A stretch of DNA of 64,000 nucleotides, taken from positions 43,533-107,532 of the forward strand of contig MHRT01000005.1 in assembly GCA_001821055.1 (NCBI GenBank), given 5' to 3'. Positions 55,723-64,000 of the stretch are shown piece after piece. Below the pieces are notes generated by a model, which searched no databases, was not told the DNA's origin, and worked only from the letters and a program-made list of their open reading frames with translations. Position 1 is the first letter of the stretch; each line of letters opens with the position of its first letter. The translations under genes were made by a program, and so were the position numbers. Origin of the DNA: Candidatus Taylorbacteria bacterium RIFCSPHIGHO2_12_FULL_45_16. GTDB taxonomy: Bacteria; Patescibacteriota; Minisyncoccia; Phycocordibacterales; PALSA-1337.

Positions 55723-56942
55723 AAACATCCGATATTATCCACGAAACATATACTGCACTCCTCTCAAATAAGGTGAGGACCGGTCTTACTATGCTCGGTA
55801 TCATTATCGGTATTGGATCGGTTATCGCTATGGTTGCGATCGGTCAGGGTGCTCAAGGAACAATCCAATCAAACATCCAGTCTCTGGGAGCTAATCTTAT
55901 TCAAGTAACACCTGGATCGCAGGGTGGTCCAGGGTCGCAAGTAAGTCAGGGTCGAGGAACTGCACGGACGCTTACATACGATGATGCTCAAGCTGTAGCA
56001 GGAGAACTTTCCTTAATTCAGGCAGTTTCTGCTGAACTTTCAAGTAGATATCAAGTAGTCGGCAAAGGAACAAATACAAATACAACAGTCATGGGAGCAA
56101 CTCCTGCATATCCAAGCGTGAGGAATGTTTCCATAGCGGAAGGATCATTCATTTCCAATCAAAATCTGAGAAGTCTCTCGAAGGTGGCAGTGCTTGGTCC
56201 CACTGCTCGTGACGATCTTTTTGGAAAAGGTGCTTCAGCTATTGGTCAGACAATACGTATCAACGGAATCCAATTTAAAGTCATTGGTGTGACAGTGGCG
56301 AAAGGTGGATCAGGATTTCAAAATCAAGACGATATGATTTTTATTCCACTTACGAGCGCTCAAAAATTTCTTGCTGGTGCTAACTATGTGTCGACTATCG
56401 CAGCACAAGCAGTAAGTTCGGATGCAATGTCGCAAGCGCAAACAGATATAACCTACTTGTTGCTTGACCGACACAAAATCTCCGATCCTGCGTCTGCTGA
56501 TTTCAGTATTCTCAATCAAAACGATATTGTTGCAACGGCTTCGAGTGTAACACAAACATTCACCATACTCTTGGCAGCTGTTGCAGGAATTTCTCTTGTG
56601 GTTGGTGGTATTGGTATAATGAATATGATGCTTACCACAGTCACCGAGCGCACGAGGGAAATCGGTCTTCGTAAGGCTATCGGGGCAAAAAGAGCCGATA
56701 TCAACAGACAGTTCTTAGTAGAAGCAATCGTTATTACCCTAGTTGGCGGCCTCATAGGGGTTGCGCTTGGTGCGGCGGTGTCTTGGGGCCTGACAGCGTT
56801 TGGAATTATTCAGACAAAAGTCTCGATAGGTTCCATATTTCTTGCCTTCGGAGTGTCGGCGGCAATCGGTATCGTGTTCGGGTACTATCCGGCACGTCGA
56901 GCAGGTGCCCTCAATCCGATCGAGGCATTGAGGTATGAGTAA
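55719..56942 (+). CDS. ABC transporter permease (FtsX/MacB-type, four TM with a large periplasmic loop)
   Basis: N-terminal TM, a large loop, and three C-terminal TM segments with the conserved ...IGIMNMMLTTVTERTREIGLRKAIGA motif. Confidence 0.85.
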   Translation: MKTSDIIHETYTALLSNKVRTGLTMLGIIIGIGSVIAMVAIGQGAQGTIQSNIQSLGANLIQVTPGSQGGPGSQVSQGRGTARTLTYDDAQAVAGELSLIQAVSAELSSRYQVVGKGTNTNTTVMGATPAYPSVRNVSIAEGSFISNQNLRSLSKVAVLGPTARDDLFGKGASAIGQTIRINGIQFKVIGVTVAKGGSGFQNQDDMIFIPLTSAQKFLAGANYVSTIAAQAVSSDAMSQAQTDITYLLLDRHKISDPASADFSILNQNDIVATASSVTQTFTILLAAVAGISLVVGGIGIMNMMLTTVTERTREIGLRKAIGAKRADINRQFLVEAIVITLVGGLIGVALGAAVSWGLTAFGIIQTKVSIGSIFLAFGVSAAIGIVFGYYPARRAGALNPIEALRYE

Positions 56943-57148
56943 TTAATATCAATTGTTAATAAAAAAGTATGAGTAAAAATATAATTATCGGTGCGATTGT
57001 GGGAGTTCTGGTTATTGGAGGTGGGTCGTTTTATGCAGGAACAAAGTTTGTTGGAGCTAACTAAGCTGTTCGCCCACCTATGTTAATCCTAACAAAAGAA
57101 AACCGCGGACACTTGGTTTTCGTGTCTACTTTATAGGGTACAGATCAG

Positions 57149-57221
57149 CTCCGCGGGTAGGATTCGAACCTACGACCAATCCCTTAACAGGGGACCGCTC
57201 TACCAGCTGAGCTACCGCGGA
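57149..57221 (-). tRNA. tRNA-Asn (anticodon GTT)
   Basis: Reverse complement: acceptor TCCGCGG/CCGCGGA, D-arm AGCTCAGCTGGTAGAGC, anticodon stem GTCCC/GGGAT with loop CTGTTAA, T-loop GGTTCGAATCC. Confidence 0.85.
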
Positions 57222-57338
57222 ATGATTTCAAGCTTTTGTTTATGACTTGAATATGCAAAATGTACCATATCCCACTTCGTAAATCAAAACGCGTTCGGGA
57301 TTATTTCCCTGGAAGAAGAAAGCTGGTATACTGATCGC

Positions 57339-57716
57339 ATGAATACACATATCAAAACAACCAATATCGCATTGACGGACGCTATTTCAGATTATGTGAA
57401 CAAGCGTCTTTTGAAAATCGAAAAGCTTACGAATGGCGACTCTTCGGCACAGTGTGATGTTGAACTTGCCCGCACCACGACGCACCACAACAAAGGTGAA
57501 GTATTTCGCGCCGAGATACATCTAGTGGGCGCCGCTGGACTCAATATTTATACCAGCATTGAAAGAGAGGACTTATACACCGCGATTGACGAGGTCCGTG
57601 ATGCCGTAATCCGTGAATTTACCGGCAATCGTAAAAAGAAAATGTCTCGCATTCGTCGCGGCGGGGCGCGTATCAAAGAGATGGTGAAAGGTATGTGGCC
57701 GTGGCGTAGAAATTAA
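57339..57716 (+). CDS. hpf: Ribosome hibernation promoting factor (RaiA/YfiA family)
   Basis: MNTHIKTTNIALTDAISDYVNKRLLKIEK...FRAEIHL pattern of ribosome-associated inhibitor A. TATACT 6 nt upstream of the ATG. Confidence 0.8.
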   Translation: MNTHIKTTNIALTDAISDYVNKRLLKIEKLTNGDSSAQCDVELARTTTHHNKGEVFRAEIHLVGAAGLNIYTSIEREDLYTAIDEVRDAVIREFTGNRKKKMSRIRRGGARIKEMVKGMWPWRRN

Positions 57717-57938
57717 TATATTAAAAAACACAAACAATGAACAATAAAAATTCTTTTTTTAGTTTGGCGGAGATGAAACAGCCGATCAATCAGTGGCTGT
57801 GCATCGCTTTTATTAGTGTGTTTTGTTTTTGGACGCTTCTATATTATTTTGTGCAAAAGGCAGAAGCCATTGGCGAGAATTTCGCCAATAATCGGTCGGA
57901 ATTGATCGGCAAATATTGACCGCGGACAATATTGCCGC

Positions 57939-58853
57939 TTATGATTTTTGGTTTTTGTATCCATTCACGAAATCACCATAGTTCATTTCCTTGGATCCTT
58001 CGGGAATGACTTTTTCCACCAATAATTTTCCGTCTTTGAATGAGGCGACGGATATTTTTACCCTCAGTTTTTTTCCGGCCCGTGCAATGAAAAAATAACT
58101 TCCGGGCCATTCATGATAGGCTTGTATTTTTCTAAAATTCAGATAGGCGTCTTTTGTGAAATCAATCAGGCCGTCTTCTTTGGTTATCTTTCTGGTGTAT
58201 GAAGCTAGGGAGTGATCCTGTTCTTTTTCTTCAATTTTTCCGGAAACCCAATCCGACAGTATTGAAGCGAGCAACTTGGCGCCTTCACGGGCCATCAACT
58301 CCTCAAATTCCTCGTAAATTGGCCACTTAGAAACTGTGATTTCTTTTTGGGTGACAATTGGTCCTTGATCCATTTTTTCATTTATCCTCATGATGGTGAT
58401 CCCGGTATTCTTGGCATCGTCAAGCATAGCCGATTGCAACGGGGAAGCGCCGCGATATTTTGGCAGTAATGACGGGTGGATATTCAATGTTTTGCCCGAC
58501 GGGAGGTTGATCAGTGGTTCAGGAAGTATTTTTCCATAGGAAGCCACGATGAATAAGTCAAAAAAATCGGCGCTGGCGTTTTCGGATTTATTTAGCCGGT
58601 CAAAATATTTGTTTTTCAAATCCCCGACAAAATCATCGTCGATTTTGGCTGGGTCGTAAACTTTGATATTTTTTGTCAGCGCCCATGTCTTCACGACATT
58701 GGCTTTCGGGATTAATTTTCTACCTTGTGGTTTATCCGGCGTTGTGATTATAAGAGTCGGAATAATACTAAGTCTTTCCAACTCGTCAAGTACAATCACG
58801 GAAAAGCGCGATGAACCAAAGAAAGCGAAGTTAATATGCTGATAGTTTTTCAA
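57939..58853 (-). CDS. fmt: Methionyl-tRNA formyltransferase
   Basis: N-terminal FFGS. LNIHPSLLPKYRGASPL formyltransferase motif. C-terminal domain present. Confidence 0.9.
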   Translation of the reverse strand: MKNYQHINFAFFGSSRFSVIVLDELERLSIIPTLIITTPDKPQGRKLIPKANVVKTWALTKNIKVYDPAKIDDDFVGDLKNKYFDRLNKSENASADFFDLFIVASYGKILPEPLINLPSGKTLNIHPSLLPKYRGASPLQSAMLDDAKNTGITIMRINEKMDQGPIVTQKEITVSKWPIYEEFEELMAREGAKLLASILSDWVSGKIEEKEQDHSLASYTRKITKEDGLIDFTKDAYLNFRKIQAYHEWPGSYFFIARAGKKLRVKISVASFKDGKLLVEKVIPEGSKEMNYGDFVNGYKNQKS

Positions 58854-59383
58854 TTCTTTTCTTGTAGTTTTTTAATTTCTTCCTCGCTCATTTCCCAGAC
58901 ATGGTCGGCCTTGTCTGTGAATAGGATACCATCCAGATGGTCGGTTTCGTGCTGGAATATTTGAGCCAAGATGCCACTGGCGCCGCGCTCGATCTTCCGG
59001 CCTTTTTCATCATAGGCACTGATCATAATGCGAGTGGAGCGTTTGACTTTCCCATAAAGCCATCGAACCGACAGACAACCCTCTTCCATTTCCTTCCTAT
59101 CTTTTGAAAGTTTGAGAATTTCAGGATTGATGAAAACCAGATTTGTGTTTTCTCCTTTGTATGTCTTGTCCGCCTGCTTGAGTAGACTGCCGGAGATGAC
59201 GAATATACGGAGTGACACGCCGATTTGCGGGGCGGCGATAGCGATACCGTCCTTTTGTTTCGCCATGGCTTTGGCCATTTCAGAGATAATGGATTGGATT
59301 TTGGGTGAACTAATCTCTGAAACAGGCACAGTTCTGGCTTTTTGGCGCAGGATGGGGCTGTCACGCTGGATAATGTCTTTCAT
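58850..59383 (-). CDS. def: Peptide deformylase
   Basis: Motifs GIAIAAPQIG, EGCLSV and HETDHLDG. Confidence 0.9.
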   Translation of the reverse strand: MKDIIQRDSPILRQKARTVPVSEISSPKIQSIISEMAKAMAKQKDGIAIAAPQIGVSLRIFVISGSLLKQADKTYKGENTNLVFINPEILKLSKDRKEMEEGCLSVRWLYGKVKRSTRIMISAYDEKGRKIERGASGILAQIFQHETDHLDGILFTDKADHVWEMSEEEIKKLQEKN

Positions 59384-59425
59384 GAGGAAACTGTAACATG
59401 GAAAGTGTCATTGGTAAATTGTCCG

Positions 59426-61363
59426 TCACAACAAACTCTCTGGATTGACTTTGACCTTTACATTCGGCGGTAGACTACGCAGTTTTTCCATGAGATTGGA
59501 GTTTGGCCAGCCGCCTTCGGGAAGTTTGATAAGTCCATGGATGATTGAATTGCCGCGGACTGTGGCAGTAAAGGCTGGAAAGATGTCTATCTCTTGAGGC
59601 TCCAGAAGCGCTTGCACATCCGCCATATGGCGAGCGATGCAGTCTTTTTTTCCTTCTATGGTTATCTTTATCAGTGTGAAAAAAGGAGGATATGAAAATT
59701 GTTTGCGTTCTTCGAGGATGGATCGGTAAAAATCACTCAAATTACCTTTGAGACCGTACTCAAAAATCTTTTCTTCGGCTTTTCTCGTTTGTATCAAGAT
59801 GGAGCGGTTGGCCACATTGCGCAAGCGGGTGATGACATACATGATTTTTTCTTGGATCCGAAAATCCGGTAGCGCGAACAATGAGTCAAGTGACGCGATG
59901 GCGACATAGTCGACTTTTTCGGTAAGATGGACAAGGGTCATTTCTGTGCCGAGCAATATGCTCCCCGGTTTAGCTCGGAATTTTTCCATGACCAATCCTA
60001 TTTGCGCGCTTGTTTTCGTGGTATCGGTGTCTATTTTGAATATGTCGATATTTGGAAATTCGGATTGAATTTCTTCACGCACACGGTCTATACCAATGCC
60101 CAACGGCGTCAATCTCCAGCTATCGCAGTTTTTGCATTTTTCGTTCGCGTCACTTCGCTCGCCACAAATGTGGCACATGAAGAAATTCTTGCCTGAATCT
60201 TTTGATGTATGCAGAACCACCGGCGTTGAACATTTTGTGCACAGAACTATTGTTTCACAATCGCTGCAGACCGTGATTGGCGAAAGACCGCGGCGCGTGG
60301 TAAGGATGAACAAGTGGGCGCTTGATTCTTGGTTTATGACGATGAGATCTTTTAGTTCCGGCGAAAGGATATGGAAGGGGACGGGAGAAGGGAGATTCTG
60401 TTGGTCGATCTTTTTTCGCTTCATATTGACTAAAATATCTTTTGCGTTTGATACGGATCTCCATTTGAATGGCGAGCCTTGGGCTACCTCATGCGTATCT
60501 ATACGATAAAGTGTCTCGACGCGCAACAGGCTATCGGCTCGGTATACCGTCTGTTTTTGCCTTCGGGCGATAGTTTCTAGCGCTTGACGGATATCCAAAT
60601 ATGGTTGTTTTTGTCCAATCCAACCGCGAGAGTTTTCGCGTTCTATGATGATCGTATCTATATCGGCGCGCGGTAATATGGAAAATGAACCGGTCGCGAC
60701 AATGACAACCGGATGATTGATTTCAGAGATGTTGTTCCAAGTATTTATCACTTGTTTCTTCGTATGTTTACCGTGTAGAGTGAATATATAACCTTCAATT
60801 CCTTTGGTTAATGCCGTGAATATAGTTTCCACGTCTTCAATAGTCGGAGCGTATATAGCCACGGATCTCTTGCGAGCGAATTCTTGGCGGATGAGGCTAC
60901 GCCATGATCCGAACCTGTCTTCGTCGTCGCCTTGTATGGCGTAGGTTTCATCAATCGCCGGCGTGTTTTTCGTTTCATTAAAAAATTGGTTTTGTCTTAC
61001 GGGGACAACAATCTTATGCGCATTCTCCATAAGTTCGTCCGATATTAACGTGTCCATGACGGAGCCGATGCTGGTGGCGTAATATTCGGCCAGAACTTTG
61101 CAGGTTTCCATGAAAGAGACGGGAAAGAACGCTGTGGCCTTTATTCTCCCTAGTTTTTTAAGTTGGAATGTTGAGTCTTTAATCTCGCTTTTCATGTCGA
61201 TCGCCGAGCGGATATTGACGACAATGGCGTGAATATTTTTTAAGCGAAGTGGAACGGAAACGATTGCGCCTATTGGCACTTCCGAAGAGGTGAAATAGGA
61301 GAGCTCCCCGGCGACTTTCAAGCGAGTTAGGGGAATGACGGTGATGATGCTGAGCGGTTTCAT
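59426..61363 (-). CDS. priA: Primosomal protein N' (PriA helicase)
   Basis: Helicase core plus a Cys-rich zinc-binding insert (C..C...C..C...C..C...C..C). Conserved priA-def-fmt order. Confidence 0.85.
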   Translation of the reverse strand: MKPLSIITVIPLTRLKVAGELSYFTSSEVPIGAIVSVPLRLKNIHAIVVNIRSAIDMKSEIKDSTFQLKKLGRIKATAFFPVSFMETCKVLAEYYATSIGSVMDTLISDELMENAHKIVVPVRQNQFFNETKNTPAIDETYAIQGDDEDRFGSWRSLIRQEFARKRSVAIYAPTIEDVETIFTALTKGIEGYIFTLHGKHTKKQVINTWNNISEINHPVVIVATGSFSILPRADIDTIIIERENSRGWIGQKQPYLDIRQALETIARRQKQTVYRADSLLRVETLYRIDTHEVAQGSPFKWRSVSNAKDILVNMKRKKIDQQNLPSPVPFHILSPELKDLIVINQESSAHLFILTTRRGLSPITVCSDCETIVLCTKCSTPVVLHTSKDSGKNFFMCHICGERSDANEKCKNCDSWRLTPLGIGIDRVREEIQSEFPNIDIFKIDTDTTKTSAQIGLVMEKFRAKPGSILLGTEMTLVHLTEKVDYVAIASLDSLFALPDFRIQEKIMYVITRLRNVANRSILIQTRKAEEKIFEYGLKGNLSDFYRSILEERKQFSYPPFFTLIKITIEGKKDCIARHMADVQALLEPQEIDIFPAFTATVRGNSIIHGLIKLPEGGWPNSNLMEKLRSLPPNVKVKVNPESLL

Positions 61364-61433
61364 TGGTCTATTTATACTCTTTATTGACCTATTTGTTAAA
61401 TCCTCCCAAAAACATTACAATAACTGTCTATAT

Positions 61434-62804
61434 ATGGATACCAAAGAATTATTCATCATCCAAGGCCTTGCGGGCAAGAGGACGCTTCAGGGCACGGTCA
61501 CGATCAATGGCGCTAAAAACTCGGCATTGAAGGCCATGGCGGCTGCCATTCTTTTTGATGGACCCGTGATACTAGAAAATGTCCCTGAGATGAGCGATAT
61601 TGAGACGCTGGCGAATATTATCAGGAAATTAGGCGGAAGAGTTGAGGTAAAGAAGAGTGAAAGAGGAGGGCGGGCACTGATTGTAGACGCTACTGGAATT
61701 GTCTCGACGGATATTGATGTTGGTCTGGCAAAAAATATGCGGGGTTCGGTGGTCTTGACGGGGCCTCTGCTGGGGCGTTACAAAAACGTCAAATTTCCCA
61801 CCCCTGGTGGATGTGTTATTGGGGCGCGGCCGATAAATCTTTTTATTTCGGGATACGAAAAAATGGGGGCAAAGGTTAATGGGCGCGATTGTGTCTATGA
61901 TATCTCGGCCGATAAGGGTATTAAAGGGACAGGAATTACCTTTGAGAAAATTTCAGTCGGCGCTACGGAAACCTTGATGATGGCGGCGGTCTTGGCCAAA
62001 GGAAAAACAGTTCTGAATAACTGTGCTCGTGAACCCGAGATCGTCAATGTGGCTGAGTGGTTGAACGAGTGTGGAGCGAGCATTTCAGGAGCCGGAACAT
62101 CGACTATCATCATTCAAGGGACGGATGACAAACTGCTTTCGGCGAAGAAATCATTCATCACGATTCCCGATCGCATCACGACCGGAAGCTACATTATTTT
62201 GGGGGCGCTATGTGCCAAAAAATTGACTATTGAAAATTGCAGACCCGATCACTTGGAAGCGACCACGAAACTACTCATTGAATCGGGGGTGAAGATGAAA
62301 ATAGGGGAAGATTTTATCACGGTCTATGGTGGAGGAGACGACGAAACGGATGGCACAACCAAAAATTCCGCTTATAAATTGATATCAAATATTCGTACCC
62401 AAGAGTACCCGGGATTTCCTACCGATCTCCAGTCGCCGATGGTTGTTTTTCTGACACAATGTGCTGGTGAAAGCGTTGTTTTTGAAAATATTTTTGAGGG
62501 ACGGTTCAAATATGTAGATGAGCTTATAAAATTGGGTGCTGACATTACGATTGCAGATCCGCGCGAGATTTTGATAAAAGGCCCGACGCTATTTCACTGT
62601 CTACCAGACGACGAAGAGTTGACAGTGCATGACATCCGCGCCGGTTTTGCCGTGGTGCTCGCCGCTCTTCTTGGAGAAGGAAAGTCTAGAGTGACTAACA
62701 TCTATCTCATTGATAGGGGGTATGAAAAACTTGATGAGGTGTTGAGGAGTTTAGGGGCGAAGATAAAAAGAGTACAGGGTTCGACATCCGGACCAAATCA
62801 TTGA
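61434..62804 (+). CDS. murA: UDP-N-acetylglucosamine 1-carboxyvinyltransferase
   Basis: LQGTVTINGAKNSALKAMAAAIL, the active-site loop, and the EPT fold are conserved. Start placed at the internal ATG. Confidence 0.9.
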   Translation: MDTKELFIIQGLAGKRTLQGTVTINGAKNSALKAMAAAILFDGPVILENVPEMSDIETLANIIRKLGGRVEVKKSERGGRALIVDATGIVSTDIDVGLAKNMRGSVVLTGPLLGRYKNVKFPTPGGCVIGARPINLFISGYEKMGAKVNGRDCVYDISADKGIKGTGITFEKISVGATETLMMAAVLAKGKTVLNNCAREPEIVNVAEWLNECGASISGAGTSTIIIQGTDDKLLSAKKSFITIPDRITTGSYIILGALCAKKLTIENCRPDHLEATTKLLIESGVKMKIGEDFITVYGGGDDETDGTTKNSAYKLISNIRTQEYPGFPTDLQSPMVVFLTQCAGESVVFENIFEGRFKYVDELIKLGADITIADPREILIKGPTLFHCLPDDEELTVHDIRAGFAVVLAALLGEGKSRVTNIYLIDRGYEKLDEVLRSLGAKIKRVQGSTSGPNH

Positions 62805-62836
62805 ATCACTCCATAGGTATGCTATAGTCTTTACTC

Positions 62837-63850
62837 ATGGGTATTTTCTTTCCAAAACTTGGAATTGATCTTGGCACGGCCAATACATTGGTTTTTTTGC
62901 CAGGTAAAGGAATTGTTCTCAATGAACCATCAGTTGTAGCTGTTTCGGAAGTAGATAAAAAAGTCCTAGCCGTGGGCAATGAAGCCAAAGAAATGCTCGG
63001 TCGCACGCCTGATACTATTATCGCCTATCGGCCAATGCGGGACGGCGTGATCGCCGATTATCGCGTGACCGAAGCTATGTTGCGATACTTTATTGACAAA
63101 GCTCTTGGCCGATTTGCTCTCTTCAAGCCCGATGTGATGGTCTCGGTTCCTGCCGGTATCACTTCTACTGAGAGACGCGCCGTCATTGAAGCAGCTCTGC
63201 GTGCCGGCGCCAAGAACGCGTATGTGGTCAAAGAACCCATTCTTGCGGCTATCGGCGCTGGCATTCCTATCCAAGAACCGCGCGGGCACATGATCGCCGA
63301 TATCGGTGGAGGCACGACCGATGTGGCCGTCATCTCTTTAGGTGGTATAGTGTCTTCGACGTCGGTAAAATGTGCGGGAGACAAGATCGACGCGGCGATC
63401 ACGGATTATGTGAAAAAAACTTTTAATTTGGCTATTGGGGACCATATGGCGGAAATCATCAAAATCACCATTGGCTCGGCGATTCCTCTCGATCAAGAAC
63501 TCTCTATGCAAGTGAAAGGACGAGATTTTATTTCCGGTTTGCCGCGTTCAACTGAAATCAAGACCAATGAGATCGTCAAAGCCATCGCCGCCCCACTTCG
63601 CGATATGATCAAAGCAATCAAGGATGTACTACAAGAAACTCCTCCGGAATTGGCTTCAGATATTATTGACCAAGGAATCATCATGACTGGCGGATCATCC
63701 ATGTTACGGAATCTTCCGGAGTTGGTATTCCGTCGCACTGGTGTAAAAGCCCAAATGGCTGACGAACCTCTGTTGTGTGTGGCGAACGGGACCGGTATAG
63801 CCCTGGAACATTTGGATGTTTACAAGAAGGCGATGCTAAGTAAGAGATGA
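62837..63850 (+). CDS. mreB: Rod shape-determining protein MreB
   Basis: LGIDLGTANTLV. Actin-fold phosphate and adenosine motifs. Confidence 0.9.
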   Translation: MGIFFPKLGIDLGTANTLVFLPGKGIVLNEPSVVAVSEVDKKVLAVGNEAKEMLGRTPDTIIAYRPMRDGVIADYRVTEAMLRYFIDKALGRFALFKPDVMVSVPAGITSTERRAVIEAALRAGAKNAYVVKEPILAAIGAGIPIQEPRGHMIADIGGGTTDVAVISLGGIVSSTSVKCAGDKIDAAITDYVKKTFNLAIGDHMAEIIKITIGSAIPLDQELSMQVKGRDFISGLPRSTEIKTNEIVKAIAAPLRDMIKAIKDVLQETPPELASDIIDQGIIMTGGSSMLRNLPELVFRRTGVKAQMADEPLLCVANGTGIALEHLDVYKKAMLSKR

Positions 63851-63909
63851 AGTCAAATTTCTAGTTGCACAGTTATTTGGTGAGTCGTAATCGTCCGTAA
63901 TAAATTATA

Positions 63910-64000
63910 TGCCAGAAACACTATCTCATCATGCCTATCTTCTCGTCGGCTCTCACTCCACACATGCCGACCTGCTTTCAATTCTTGAAAAAACTCACAA
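63910..64000 (+). CDS. Partial CDS (5' end only), possibly DNA polymerase III delta' subunit
   Basis: MPETLSHHAYLLVGSH resembles the HAYLFxG N-terminus of HolB. Only 30 aa are visible. Confidence 0.25.

Noticed and set aside
56969-57064. 31 aa ORF (MSKNIIIGAIVGVLVIGGGSFYAGTKFVGAN) after the ABC permease
   Set aside because: It is plausible as a small TM peptide, but it is too short to support without conservation data.
6701-57221. Inconsistent 3' CCA encoding among the tRNAs (Arg encodes CCA; Val, Ser, Glu, Phe and Asn do not)
   Set aside because: Mixed CCA encoding is common in bacteria that have a CCA-adding enzyme. It was not judged noteworthy.
1-64000. CRISPR array, integrase, transposase or prophage genes
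   Set aside because: No array of regularly spaced direct repeats was found anywhere. No tyrosine or serine recombinase, transposase or phage structural gene motifs were seen. Mobile-element inference rests only on repeats, tRNA adjacency and composition.

Overview
This 64 kb window looks like a chromosomal segment of a small-genome bacterium. On gene content, a Candidate Phyla Radiation (Patescibacteria-like) organism is a reasonable guess, but that is inference only. The core genes are tsaD, trxB, an ybeY-ftsA-ftsZ block with a less certain rpsU upstream, rpmE, prfA, dnaG-rpoD, hisS, thrS, rmuC, rplU, recR, dnaB, priA-def-fmt, murA, mreB and hpf. There are six tRNAs (Val, Ser, Glu, Arg, Phe, Asn) and several secreted or surface proteins, including a type IV pilin-like protein. 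Accessory content is interleaved with the core genes and is where I would look first. (1) Two GC-rich islets flank thrS. One encodes a ParB/Srx-fold protein with a DGQHR/DUF262-like 'DGLQR' motif plus a 91 aa partner and its own terminator. The other is a promoter-driven pair of a 52 aa and a 112 aa ORF. (2) A tRNA-Ser-adjacent islet carries a free-standing GIY-YIG nuclease gene bracketed by 24 bp direct repeats, two unknown proteins and a repeated 3'-UTR element of about 45 nt. (3) A low-GC block of about 11 kb (46.4-57.1 kb) ends at tRNA-Asn. It carries a csoR-copA copper module with an intact near-palindromic operator, an ECF sigma factor with a possible anti-sigma partner, TspO, and a MacAB-type efflux system. 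(4) A mannoside cluster encodes two GH130 proteins, a HAD-IIB phosphatase and a cupin. Across the whole window, -10-like hexamers sit 6-9 nt upstream of many start codons, which suggests that leaderless mRNAs are common here. No CRISPR array, integrase or transposase was seen.
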